A stretch of 63,855 nt of DNA, the filler included, from Collodictyon triciliatum (Eukaryota), in NCBI GenBank assembly GCA_043381765.1. It is 7 parts of 7 records of this genome, joined end to end, with 100 filler letters (N's around TTAATTAATTAA, not from the genome) between each part and the next. Parts side by side here need not be neighbours in the genome. Positions count along the whole stretch, not along the records: positions 45,885 to 57,251 come from JBHJMP010002419.1; positions 57,352 to 62,720 come from JBHJMP010002447.1; positions 62,821 to 63,855 come from JBHJMP010002584.1; 4 more parts are not named here. The stretch is one strand, 5' to 3'. The notes below the pieces were generated by a model. That model saw nothing but the letters and a program-made list of their open reading frames with translations, made no database searches and was not told the DNA's origin. Numbering within the stretch: position 1 is the first letter of the stretch; each line of letters opens with the position of its first letter. A program made the position numbers and the translations under genes. Positions 51,441 to 63,855 of this stretch are shown here, in pieces.

Positions 51441-52985
51441 GAAGTGTTTCTGCTGATGAAGAGATGGGTCGATGCAAAAAGTGCTCCATGATGATTCCCA
51501 TTCAAAAGCTCAGATATCATAAGAGAAAATGTAATGGAACTCCAGGGAAACTCGCGTAATTACTTCGGACTCACCTTTGACTATAGTTCTCTTTTCCGAC
51601 GACATAAAATAATACTGCTCCCATCATGTTACCTCATTCCAAAGTCTTATTGTAATGTCTTGCAATACTTTTAACTTTTTTCATCCCGCTTTGGCCCTCT
51701 CTAAACTGATAGAAACCCAAGTTTAAATGAAAATCGGAACCAAGCCGCGCCACCTGTACTTGAATTCTATTACAATTATCCTAATATATGTCAATCGCAA
51801 ACATCCTTTATCGATTGCATTATATTCATTATACAGCTAACCTGATGTAATCCTGCAGACACCGATAGACAAGTCCTCAACTCACGGAGCTCCAAACCTT
51901 CTACCCCACCATGTACCTAATCTCAATTTTGGATATGTACCTTCTAATTGAATACCCATTTCCAAATTGTCATAGTGTCTTCTCTGAAATTTAGGGAAAC
52001 AAGGAACTACCGATTGAAATGGAAAGTGGTATGTTTGTTTGTTTGTTTGTTTGTTTGTTTGTTTGTTTGTTTGTTTGTTTGTTTGTTTGTTTGTTTGTTT
52101 GTTTGTTTGTTTGTTTGTTTGTTTGTTTGTTTGTTTGTTTAGCTATCAACATGCATACTTTAATTTTCATCATTTGAGAAAATCTCTTACAATCCTTTCT
52201 TTTTTTTAATTCATTTCCTTTTCGCTTTTGAATATTTGAAACACAGCGCCGACATATTATGCGAAAGTAAATGCCGAAGCAAGGTACAAGAGAAACTCTT
52301 CCTGGTTGGAGGAGCTCTTTTCTGGAAAGCAACCCAGCAAGAAATTAGTTCTTACCAGTTTGTGGTTTACTATTTATTTATTTATTATTTATTTATATGT
52401 ATCCTTTGCATAAATCTTGTATGCTTTTTGTTTTACTCTTTTTGAGTGTTGTTAACTATTGTATGCATTATTATTATTATTTTTGTTAACAGTAAACAAC
52501 CCCGAATATGAATCCAAGAAGCAAGCTATGAGGCAGCATATTGTATATATTTCCCCAATATGTCAAGGAGATTCATTCATACCTTAATATGAGACTGAGA
52601 CTAATTCTAACTTTATTAATTATTAAAAAAAAATATATATTTGATAGGCGCAATTAGAGAAAGAAATCGAAGAATTGAAAGAATCTAGCTCAAAAAAATT
52701 AAAAGATATAGCAGATTCTTCAAAGTCGTTTGAACTCATCGAAAAATTGTCTGAATGTCGTACTTTTCAGGTATTTTCTTTTACTTTTAAAATTATAATG
52801 ACAGGCTACTCAAATTCAGTTGACAGCATACATTGATTTGGTGTTATGTATAGGACTTCGAAGTCTCCATTCGCCAATTTGAGAAAATCAGCACAACTAA
52901 GCTTACTCATGATAGTCCGCTTCTGATTGCGCGCCAGCGAGCACCGATTACAAAATACGAGCCCATCAAAACGATATCTTTATAA
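51441..52985 (+). CDS. Hypothetical protein with a CxxC-H-C zinc-finger-like exon and coiled-coil C-terminus; start uncertain
   Basis: Exon MGRCKKCSMMIPIQKLRYHKRKC; later AQLEKEIEELKE...|DFEVSIRQFEK...KTISL*. Confidence 0.4.
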
Positions 52986-53418
52986 AGGGCGGAATCATAA
53001 CACAGCACATTTTCTGCGACTATTTGTCTTATTCTTCTAATTTACTTGTTGAACCTGAAAAGCCCCCGTTTTTTTTTCTTCGAAATTTACTGTCGCCAAT
53101 TAAAATCTTATATGTGGGTTATTTGTTAAAAAAAAAAAAAAAAAGCGCACGAAATATGTACATTTATATTTGGTTCTTGGGGAAAAAAAGCTGCATCGAC
53201 TCGAGTCGAAGAAAAAGTATATAAGATGATAAAAAAAAACGACAGACTAAATTATGATAGTCTTTGAAAAATATTATTTAACCCTTTCAAAAATACAAAT
53301 AATTGGGAATATCAGGATATTACTAAAAAAAAAAAATCTATTGAGCTGGCCACTGAAAAAAACTAACAATTAAGATACAGTGATATAATTCATAACTGAA
53401 TCGAATCATTATCGGTGA

Positions 53419-55556
53419 CTAATCTGGCTTCCTTTTATTGCCTACGGCATTGGGCTTTGCAACAGGCATTTGCTGTTTTGACATGTCTGCCTCCTCCTCG
53501 GGCGGTTTTTGTTGGTTCATGCGCAAGACTGCACCGGGCGATGGATACGGGCGCATCTGAAAAAGTGGTCCGTTTGCAGTCACGTCTGCAGCTTTGGTAC
53601 CTGATTTCTTCTGGCTCAGGCCTAATAAAAAAAAACAGGATTGAATAAATCTAGAATTTATTCCACAACGAACACGTTGTCTGACTCCTTCGGTATGTAT
53701 ACGACACTACAACTGAACACTATTCGTTCCTATGGGAAGAAACATTCTGGTTATTTTCCTTCGAGAACGAAGCGTATCGAACCTGTAGACCAAAGGCCAG
53801 TGGCTGGTGCGTCACTGTATGAGGCAGGGTCCATCGGGTCGAGTTCATCCCTTTCATAGATAGTATCGGATAATAGTGAGATTTCCAGTAAGATATTACA
53901 AGATATGTATGTGTTCAATGTACGAGATGAGTCCACCAATTTTATAAATCAGTTCCAAAAGTAAGTTGGAAAGGAATGTGATAGAGATAAATCGACTTTG
54001 GGTGACGTAATACCTCGCGTTGGGGCGATAACGAGATAGCGTCTCAATTCTCCTGTGTGATTTTGCGGGTGGTGCGTCGATTGATGGTGACGGAAAAGCC
54101 TTTGACATATTGGTGGATGAAGTGGGTTGGCTATGTTGCGCTGATATTTCCGCGGGTAGACTGGGCATTCCAAGAGTTCTTGGTAATAAGATTCCGATGT
54201 ATTGATATTTTTGAGGCCGTTAGAAGTCTAATAAATCTTTGAACTTTCAGGGGAATATATATCTTCAAAATGTAATCAATACCTTCTACAATGGCTGCAA
54301 TATCCGTCAGAACCAACAAGGCTTGCACCCCATCCTCCACAATTAAGGCATCTTGGTGTGTTGATTGGCGACTTTAGATAAAAAAAATATTGAAATGATT
54401 TTAACAACTGAATCAGCATGTATAAAACCGCATTATTATTTGGTATAGTGTATGTTTTGAAGTTCGATGTATCTATTTTTGCTTCAATTTAATGAAGTGG
54501 CATGCACGTTCAGATTCTGGAGAATATGCTCTCATTTATTTTTAATATATGAATTTCGATGATTGCATGTATCCCCACCAGGTTAGCGTGTGATGAAATA
54601 TACAGGTCTGGTGGTGGATTCCAAGTAGTTTCGCCTGTTTTTGTATTGTAGTAGTACGGCGTCATTCCTCGCTGGTAATCATGATGCACCTGCCAAACAG
54701 CATTCCATATCCAAGTTGGTGCCGAATGTGCCGATGCGGTACTCGGGCTCTCTGATACAGCATCTGAACAAATTTGAGTGTTTAGATTAAGTTACAGTCA
54801 ACCTCAATCTACTTTGGGTTAAGCAGCTTCTTCAAGTTATATATAAAAGGTTGATAGAGTTTTCCTTACTATCTTGTATCTTTTCGTCCTCCGCTTTCTG
54901 GGCAGGAGTTTCTTGACTTTTGCCCTCTGCTTTGTCGATGATTCCGCGCTCTTCCAACTTTTTGCGGAGATATGGACTGATGTTTGGCTGCGCTTGGCCT
55001 TCTGTCTCTGTTATTTGTGATTATTATCATCCACTATTCAAACATCTACTCTTCTTATTCATTCATAAACCGCTTCTTTGGTATGATTAGAGCCAATAAA
55101 CGCTCAATTCTAAGCTTATTGGGCGTTCGCCCTTCCAGTACAACGCATCCACTACATATAGATTTTGAGCCTTATAGGCAGCCGGGATGAAGAGAATAGC
55201 TCCATGAAGATAAAAAGAAGAAGAAAACGCTACAGGAAACAAAATAAAACCGAACAAAACGAACTGAAATAAAAATAAAACTTTGCTTCAAGTGAGAAAC
55301 CTGTTTTGTGAGGCAACGAGGAGGGTGGCTTCAGGGAGTTTTGCATATTGAGCAGCTTCTTTTTGAGATCCCTTTCGTCGACTGACTCTGCAGAGACAGA
55401 GTTGCTCTCTTTGGTGTGTCCTGTGTCAGGTTCTTTTTGGCTGAAGGAGCTCCGCTGCTTCTTCAGTTGTTCCAGAAGGTGATCTTGCTGCTCCAAAAGC
55501 CGCAGCATTGCCTCCTGATCGGCGTCGTGGACTTCGTTTGCCATCAAGCTGCGCAT
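53419..55556 (-). CDS. PQBP1: Polyglutamine-binding protein 1 homolog (WW domain + C-terminal YxxPxxVL motif)
   Basis: WW exon [77 protein letters not shown]. Confidence 0.9.
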
Positions 55557-57919
55557 TTGGCTGGGTGAGTGTATGAAAGTAGTATTTGCGTTCTGGGCTA
55601 CAATATTTTCTTTTCTGTTTTTTATTATACACATCTTCTACCTTTTGCTTCTTCTGTTTTTCCATCTTTTTTTTCTTCATTTTTTCCATCAAGGTTTTTT
55701 CTTTTCTTTTTTACTTGAAATGCGCCAATCCCGATATCGATTATCGGATGAAAGTCAAAAAACGATATTGAATACCTCGACCAAGGGCTGCGGTTAAAGA
55801 CAATGTTCAGGGTATATTCGACATGATAGATTTCATCCGTTCATTGGGGCGCTCTTTTGTCATGCAAGCTGTTTTCCTATTTGGCGTTTTATATATTCCT
55901 GAAAGGCTCTGCTAAAATGAAGATAAAATACAAATGCTTTTTGACGCAACGTATCTTTGGGTACTAGTGAAACCGTATGCATTTTTACCCATCACATCTG
56001 CTCATATTGGTGGTTTGGTACGATTTGCATATAATTTTCTTTGTCCTTATCAATGTCGATAACTTTATAATAAATTAAGAATATATATATATATAGTTTT
56101 TTTGTGTCCCCAAAAAAATCATTTCCCACGTCTGCCAGGACAAAAGACTTTCATACCAGGCTTGGACTAGAAATCGAGCGAAATATTGCTCTGTGTAAAA
56201 TTATAGTTTTCATTAACATCCACATAACAATACGAAAGGGCCTGGAAGGTAAGGTGGATAGAAGTAGCTTTCCGGTATTTACTCCTCCATCTTGAGGAGC
56301 TAGTCTGCATTTTAGTTTCATTCAAGAAGCCATGGATGCGCCTCTCAATTTGACCTCATGTTTAGGCATATTTAGTGTAGCAAATATTGGGCTTTAGAAG
56401 AAAAAGATGATATGGTATATGAAAAGAGTTTGTTGGGTTGGGTTAGGGAGAGGAATTGAATGTGAAGGTGAAGAAGTTTTCCTTTATAGAAAATTAGTTA
56501 AGAAAAAAAAGCCTTTGGATTACATGGCATTGGAAGTTGATGATTTCAATTCTATACGGAGTTTTTTTTTCTCATCTTATTCGCACCTATTAATAAACGA
56601 TATGAAACATAACTAATATCGAACAAAAGCGTTCATTCTCTGGAAGGTCGAATTACAATCACAAGCTATGTTGAGGTATTGAGGTTCGCTTGGCGGCCCA
56701 CCGAATCTCTTGTATTTTGTATGGCGATGGTGCTCACACAATCAGTGAAGACGGGAAATCGAAAGGAAACACCGTTTTTTGTTGCACTGTAAAGTTCTTT
56801 TGTTTAATTTTTCTGAGTTTGATTGAAGATAAGTGCTTTGTATCGATTTTATATTTTTCTTTTCCCTTTGGTTATAAAATTGTGCTTAACTGTCGTAGTA
56901 TAAAATATTTTGAAAACTTTGCGAATACATTAAGAGTCTTCATAAATGCACATGCACCCTTAATTAAGTTATATGGGACAGGACGAAAATTAGCCAATAC
57001 CGAGCGGTATAATGAATAACTTTATGGAGGAAATCATACTGTGTTGATGAAAAATGGCTTCGAATGGGCCTTGGATACTAACTTTAACTTTCACAATTCG
57101 ATGAAGCAAATACTAGTTTCAGCATCACGATGTTCTGAATGATGTGTGGCAATTTTCCAAAACTTAATTCCACTGTTCATCATAAAATATTTTAAATAAA
57201 AGAGAGAAAAAGGAATAATAAGTGTAATGCTATTTTGATAGAACTGACTACNNNNNNNNNNNNNNNNNNNNNNNNNNNNNNNNNNNNNNNNNNNNTTAAT
57301 TAATTAANNNNNNNNNNNNNNNNNNNNNNNNNNNNNNNNNNNNNNNNNNNNCCCCCCCCCCCCCCCCCCCCCCCAAATCGATATCCATGAGAATAGATTT
57401 GAGGACAAAAAACTTGAGGAAGAGTACATGGTTGAAAAGGCAAAATCCTCGAATTTGCTTGCTTTCTGTATTAGTATGGCGATTGTAATGGATGGCTTGT
57501 ATTTCATAATTTACTCGTAAGTTGTTTGGATGCTCCATTAACTAACTTCCGTGGATAGAAAAGATATATCCTTTGCTTGGGTCAAAGTTATAATTTTAAA
57601 TAAAATTTCAATCTTGGCATATATAATTCATGGAATATGTAACCTAGGTTGGTCATTAAAAACAGAAAGTCTCTATATGCATATTTATGTTTTTCCACGT
57701 TGGGATTGATGTCAAGCTTGTTTTTCTATCATATGCACAATACTACAAAGTCTTATCCAAATTTGTGTGCGGCTTACTCTAAGTGGGTTATAATTCAGTC
57801 AAATTTATGATTGTGAGAGGAAAATAGCTTTGCATTAATTTTAAGGGAGGGGAAAAAAAGAAAGGGAATTCAACCTGCATGTTAAAAGGAATATCATAAC
57901 AATATTTTTTTTCTGTAGG

Positions 57920-60900
57920 AGATATTATGTGGCTCATTCTGTCACATTCTTCGCAAGTCTTACCTTATTGATGCCTCTGAGCTTCTTATTTAATATCGAC
58001 AGACCTTTGAGTGAATTCGAAATCATAATCATGGTTCCGCTTCAAATGGATTCACTACATATGTTTGCTGCAATGAGGGTGATATGAAACTTAATTTAAA
58101 TAATTATGTTCTATAATAGGGATTTACTATAGCGATTCCTGGGAGCTATGTGTGGCAACTGGCCATCACCCTATATGGCAACATACTGCCACTGGTTACT
58201 TTCATTTTTCATAAGGCCGACATAATCGTCACATACCGCTGCATGGTTACTCTTGTGCTTAACTCATTTATCAGTATCATCCTTCTGAGAGAGATGGAAA
58301 CACAAAGAAGAAAGTAAGAATATAACTTATGATAAATGAAATAAAGTATTAAAATTTTCGCCGTCTCTAATTGTTCGAATGCAGTACATTTTATTTTCAA
58401 AAGAAAATGAAAGGAGTTGGCATCAAAATATCGAGGGCCAAGCGCCATACCAAATACCTCTTGGAGAACCTGTATCCCATGTAATACCCTTTCATTTACG
58501 TAGATTCACGATAATATACAAACTTTTTCACTAGTGATATGTGAGACACAGTAAATTGTTACAAATAATTAATTATTATTGTAATTATATATAATAGACC
58601 TGTCATGAATGCAATGCTCGAAGGTCTATCAGCTCAGATTGAATATGATTCACCTGACTGTTTCGTTGTCTGTATCACGGTTAACACGAAAATTTTTGAG
58701 TCTTCTTTTTTCAATCCAGTGTGGAGAGAAACCCAAGAGAAATTTGAGTACGTTACATGCATATAACAATGTGGTCTATACATAATCACTCTGCAAATAA
58801 AAATCCTTATAGCATGAATTAATTCATGTTAAGTAACAAACGAAGGAACTCCTCTCATATATTTTCTATTTATATTTCAGTTATATTTCATTCAAAAATA
58901 TATTCGTAGGAACATTCTCAGAATATCCAGGAGGTACTGTGCATCGTCTCACATTGCAGTTATTATCGCATATTAAAATGAACTGAATTGTCTCATAAAT
59001 GCCTCTTCTTCTTTTTCTTTTTTGAATCGATAGCTTTGGTTATCACAAGGTAAACTCCACAGGTAAGCTTTCATAATACAAATCCATAAAAAATTCCTTT
59101 ATTCGAATCAAAGACAACTTCATAAATTAGAAGTATTTTTTTCCATTTTATTTTATTAACAACATAACATAATCAATTATCATGGAATCAAGGTCTATGC
59201 ATTATGGTATTTATTAACTTGATACTCCAAAAAGCAATTTCATATCCTACTATGATTTTCCACAGTATTTTGTTCCTCCTCATTTTTTTAAATAAAATTA
59301 AAGTTCGTTTAATCACATACCATCAGCTTGTTAGTGGATTATTTGGAGAGTCATCCAAATGTCCCATCCAATTGACTCGCGAGGTTCTTCGAGCTACAAA
59401 CTTGCTGCCCTCCTTATATGTATTAAAAATGATTAAATTATCAATTTTTTTCCTTTATTCGATTCAAAAAATCAATTAAACATATATCTTATTTCCAAAA
59501 TGATCCTAAACTTAATGATAATTTCCTTACAACATCTTCATAGACAAATTTGACATTCGGCATCGGACGAGGTCACATTAAAGGAGCTTTGGTTCGACAT
59601 AACCAAACAAGCTTTGATATAGTTGGAGAAGGTAAGTTTTTCAGAAATAAAAGTTTTCTTTCTTTTCTATTGGTTTTTTGGGATTAGATATTGCATAATA
59701 TTATGAATAAATTTAGTAGATGTTCTGTTTTTTCTTTCTATTTCAATTGAATATGTATCATTTTAATCAATTTTGAACATGAAAAACAAAAATTAATGTC
59801 AAATAGGGCTCACAGCAGCACTTTTATGTGTAAATTTTTGTCCTTACGGTGGCGTGTTTGCGTGCCAAAGAACGCGAGATTGGTGGCTTGGGACTGAAAA
59901 CAGAGATGTAATTACCTATTTTTATGATCAAGATTCATATTAAATCCTCTAAATAACTATATGAGAAAATTTGTAGGGTGGTCTGTTTATATCTAAACTC
60001 GTTTATATACAATAAAATTAACAAAAAAAAATAATCATATTACAAGGGCAATTTTCTGTGATGATACAAAATCAAGAAAAACAAGGTCATGTTCAAGTAT
60101 GGAGACTGAAGCTTCGCCAATTCACAATTAACGATGAATATGCTGAATCATCCACACGACATAAGAAACAAGATTTTAAGAACGAGATGAGTCTATCCAG
60201 GGACGAGATGGAACATCAAAACACAATAGACCAATCCGAATCTCACGTAAGATTTAATTCAATCTATCTCTATGGTAATGTGCTTGCTTGGTGTCTACGC
60301 AGAGTAAGGTTTATTGATTTTTTTCGTTTTATTTCATAATTGAGTAGGTTTAATAAATAAGTAAATAAATAAAAGGAAGATTCGCCATCTGCAGACCCTT
60401 TTCATGTAACCTTGAAGAGCAGCAAAATAAAGGCGTTTGTGGGGGACTTTCGTTTCAATGATATTGTTGATGAGGAGGATTTTCAAGAGAGCATAGGAAA
60501 CAACAAGCACAAAGGAAATATCATGTATTGAAATTTGGTTAGCTATATCACAAATACATTGAAATAAATATACAAAATCTTTGGTGTAATTTTGTAAACT
60601 CTTATTACTAATGAATGCGAAAATATTTCATCATGAATCTATCTTAAGCTAAAATGTACAAAAATAGGATTCAGCTTGTTTCTGTTACATTGGGGTGCTT
60701 ATTTTACGGCCTAATTGACCTCAGCCTTCTCGATAAAAATATGGTTGAAATTGAATTCAAGGATGTTTTTTTCATTTTTGCTCGCTTCTATGTCATTCTT
60801 CCTTTCATGATTGCATGCTGCATTGCATTGTACTTGGTTGAACCAGAAATAAGAGGAAAGTGGAAACGTAATCCAACGAAGCATATTCCTTTTTTGTTGG

Positions 60901-61494
60901 GGACGATATATGCATGCTACATATTAGTCAGGATGTTTATCATTTACAAAGACAGACATTACACAAAAGGAAACGAAAGTGTTGAAGAGAATGGCTTCTT
61001 TTATCTCGAGATTCTTGAAGTTGGTCTCCTTTTTGTATCTGTTTCTTGGATTACTCCAATCTATGCGACGATAGAAATTCTCACGTGGATTCTGATATGT
61101 ATTCCCATATTTTCAGTTTATGCTGACAACATCAAGTAATATTTATTCATACCGCAATATATTTCAAAAGAATTATTTATTTTACATGAACTAAAAATCA
61201 CTCCACAGGTCAGAAGATACGAGAATACTCGTATTAGTTATATCTGTGCTATTGACCACCCCACTACTGGTCATCTTGGTTTTCATGGCATCCCGAGACT
61301 ATTCTTGTCGAAAAGAATTCATGAACGAGAAGCACCTCTTTGAGGTAATAGTTCTAATCTGGTGTTTTCCCCTTTATTCGATTCAAGTAGAGTTCTTTTC
61401 TATTTTGATGGCATTCAGGTAAAAGAGTTGCACATTATATACTTCCTTTTTAAAAAAAATAGTAATATTAATAATTTGAACATCCTTCCTCTCA

Positions 61495-61570
<76 letters not shown>

Positions 61571-62435
61571 AGAAAATTAAATGTCTGGTTGAAGAGAAGG
61601 AATGTGTTGATCATCTACTGGAATCCACACTCTCGACAGAGATACTAGAAAGCCTTAAGACGGGGATACTACCAACCCACCATCACTATGAAAATGTTGT
61701 GTGTATAAAAATACTTTTAAATCCAGAATCATTCAACCTTGCTATGGGTAAACATGACTTTAGCGCGTTCGAGTTTTTCTCTGGTAATTGTGCAATTCTT
61801 TTAATGACATTAATTTTTGTCTTTGCAAATTTTAATACAGTTTTTATATTCCAGGATTAATTTCCAACTTGCAGAGGACATGCGAGGATTACGGCCTTCA
61901 AGTGTTAAATGCAAGATGTCTTGATGTAATTGTAAGACCGTTTCCTTCATGAAGAGCCGATTGTGTGTTGCGTTCACTCGTTTACTTTTCTCGCAAATTT
62001 ACATTAGTAACACTTCACAGGTCACTTCAAAACCAAATAAATCAGATATGAGAATTAGCAAGGATTTCATATTCAAGTACTGCAAACTGTGTTTCCATGT
62101 ATGCTCTATGATCCTTTTTTATTTTATTTCATCATTGATTGTTTAAATGCATTTTCCATTCGTCGTGAATTTGAATTCTATTTTTAAGAATCGTTAATCA
62201 TACCCAGTTTCTCGATATTTGCACCGAATATGCATTATATACTCTGAAAAGAAAGGTGGACTTGTGCGTATGTGTCGATATTGGCTCGATAAGTTATGGA
62301 CTTATGGGTTTGATTATTCTTGCATTAATGTGTTGTTTCATTATTTTTTTAACACATAATTGTATTATATGTTGTAAATAAATCCTGAAACATAGGGGAA
62401 AAGAGATTTTCTTTTGACTGCTTTGGAGAAACAGG
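57920..62435 (+). CDS. Putative membrane receptor-type class III nucleotide cyclase-like protein (divergent); boundaries uncertain
   Basis: Multi-exon N-terminal region, multi-TM exon (60654-61139), then EEKECVDHLLESTLSTEILESLKTG...HHHYENV, resembling the helical linker that precedes class III cyclase domains; catalytic motifs not clearly seen. Confidence 0.4.
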
Positions 62436-62684
62436 TAACCTACACTTCACATCGTATTTCAAAAATCTGAAAGGATCGGAGACCTTTGAAAAAAAAAATT
62501 ATTAGCGCGTCCTATCTAACAACATTCCTGTTAATCTTTAAGTAAGCATAACCCGAAATATGTCAAAAACTGGGCGATATGGATATGTGCTGGTTTGCTA
62601 TGAACTCATTTTAAAATCAAAGAATAGTACTTGTAACGTGTTAAGTGTGCTCGATTTTTTTTTTTTTGTTTTTGTTTTTTTTTT

Positions 62685-62720
<36 letters not shown>

Positions 62721-63600
62721 NNNNNNNNNNNNNNNNNNNNNNNNNNNNNNNNNNNNNNNNNNNNTTAATTAATTAANNNNNNNNNNNNNNNNNNNNNNNN
62801 NNNNNNNNNNNNNNNNNNNNCCGTGTTTTCCAGCCTCTATATTCTGTCTCGTGCAGCTTGCGTCCTTGGCAGCCGTGCTTCACCCGCCTTCTTGCGGCCA
62901 GTCTCCTCCCTCTATGCCGCGCCCGACATAAACTTGCCCCGAGACTTCCTCCGCCCACCGCCACCACGTGCGTCCATCCGCAAACGATGGCTAGCAACCA
63001 AACCAACATCTTCACCATCCTGCACCAAATTGAAAAGGCAGAATAAAAAAAAAAAAAACCTTGCCCCGAGCACTGCACCCCCCTTCCGACAGGGCAGTTA
63101 CGTCTGCGTGGGCGCAGAAATGCGACTCCACGCGAATTTCGGAACCTCCGTCGGGGAATTCCGCGCAGCCCATTTTGCGATCTCAGGCGGCACTCGCTCG
63201 GCGCACCTTTACCCGCAGCTACTTAATTTTTCTTTTATTTTCTTTTCCTCTTTTTTCTCTTTTCTTTTTCTTTTTTCTTTTTCTTTTTTTCTTTTTCTTT
63301 TTCTTTTTCTTTTTGCTTTTTCTTTTTCTTTTTCTTTTTTCTCTCTCTTTTCTTTTCTCTTTCTCTTTTCTCTTTTCTCTTTTCTCTTTTCTCTTTTCTC
63401 TTTTCTCTTTTCTCTTTTCTCTTTTTCCTTTTTCTTTTTTCTCTTTTCTTTTCTCTTTTCTCTTTCATTTATCACCATATTTCTATTCTTTCCCCATGCA
63501 TATGAGAATTCTGAAGAATGGGTGTTGCTGTCCTATGATCGCGAACTAATAAAATGGAGTGGCACTAGGGTCTTCAAGCTTTCACAAAAGAGAAAAAAGT

Positions 63601-63673
63601 ATGGCTAGTGTGTCTCATCAGGCCACTGTCCATTATGATGTCCTTGTCAAACTTTTGCTGCTTGGAAATTCAG
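63601..63673 (+). CDS. Rab-family small GTPase, first exon (Rab8/Sec4-like), continues beyond window
   Basis: MASVSHQATVHYDVLVKLLLLGNS(G) followed by a GT donor; start of the P-loop. Confidence 0.7.
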
Positions 63674-63855
63674 GTTTTTTTTTTGTCTATGCTCTGGTTA
63701 ACTATTTTACATAAAGGTCCGTATAGACACTTTTAAGTATTTTAACATTTATTTGATTAATAGTATCGCCATGATTACCTTTATTACTCAACCCTTATAA
63801 TTTAATCGTTATGATCTCCTTTATATCTCCCTTTGCAATGTCACTCGAATTTATA

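Overview
Eukaryotic (flagellated protist-like), intron- and microsatellite-rich sequence made of seven contig pieces joined by 100-nt N-TTAATTAATTAA-N linkers. The first five pieces are almost equal in length, so neighbouring pieces are probably not physically linked. Host genes: CLUAP1/IFT38, a PARP-type zinc finger + PADR1 protein, MROH1, a VIT/vWA-type protein with a Cys-rich tail, a HisC-HAD fusion, an EGF + GT77 glycosyltransferase, an ankyrin-SAM protein, a spinster-like MFS transporter, PPIL3, PQBP1, a receptor-cyclase-like gene and the start of a Rab. The standout is ~12446-22850, an intronless, gene-dense ~10.4 kb block that looks like the structural module of an endogenous Polinton-like virus (PLV). 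It encodes a double-jelly-roll major capsid protein, a truncated penton, a 932-aa phage-like fibre, a >1300-aa coiled-coil protein and small membrane/core-like proteins, with hairpins at gene ends and a degenerate palindromic non-coding region. No replication, packaging or integration genes are visible before the contig ends. All family assignments come from motif recognition by eye, not database searches.
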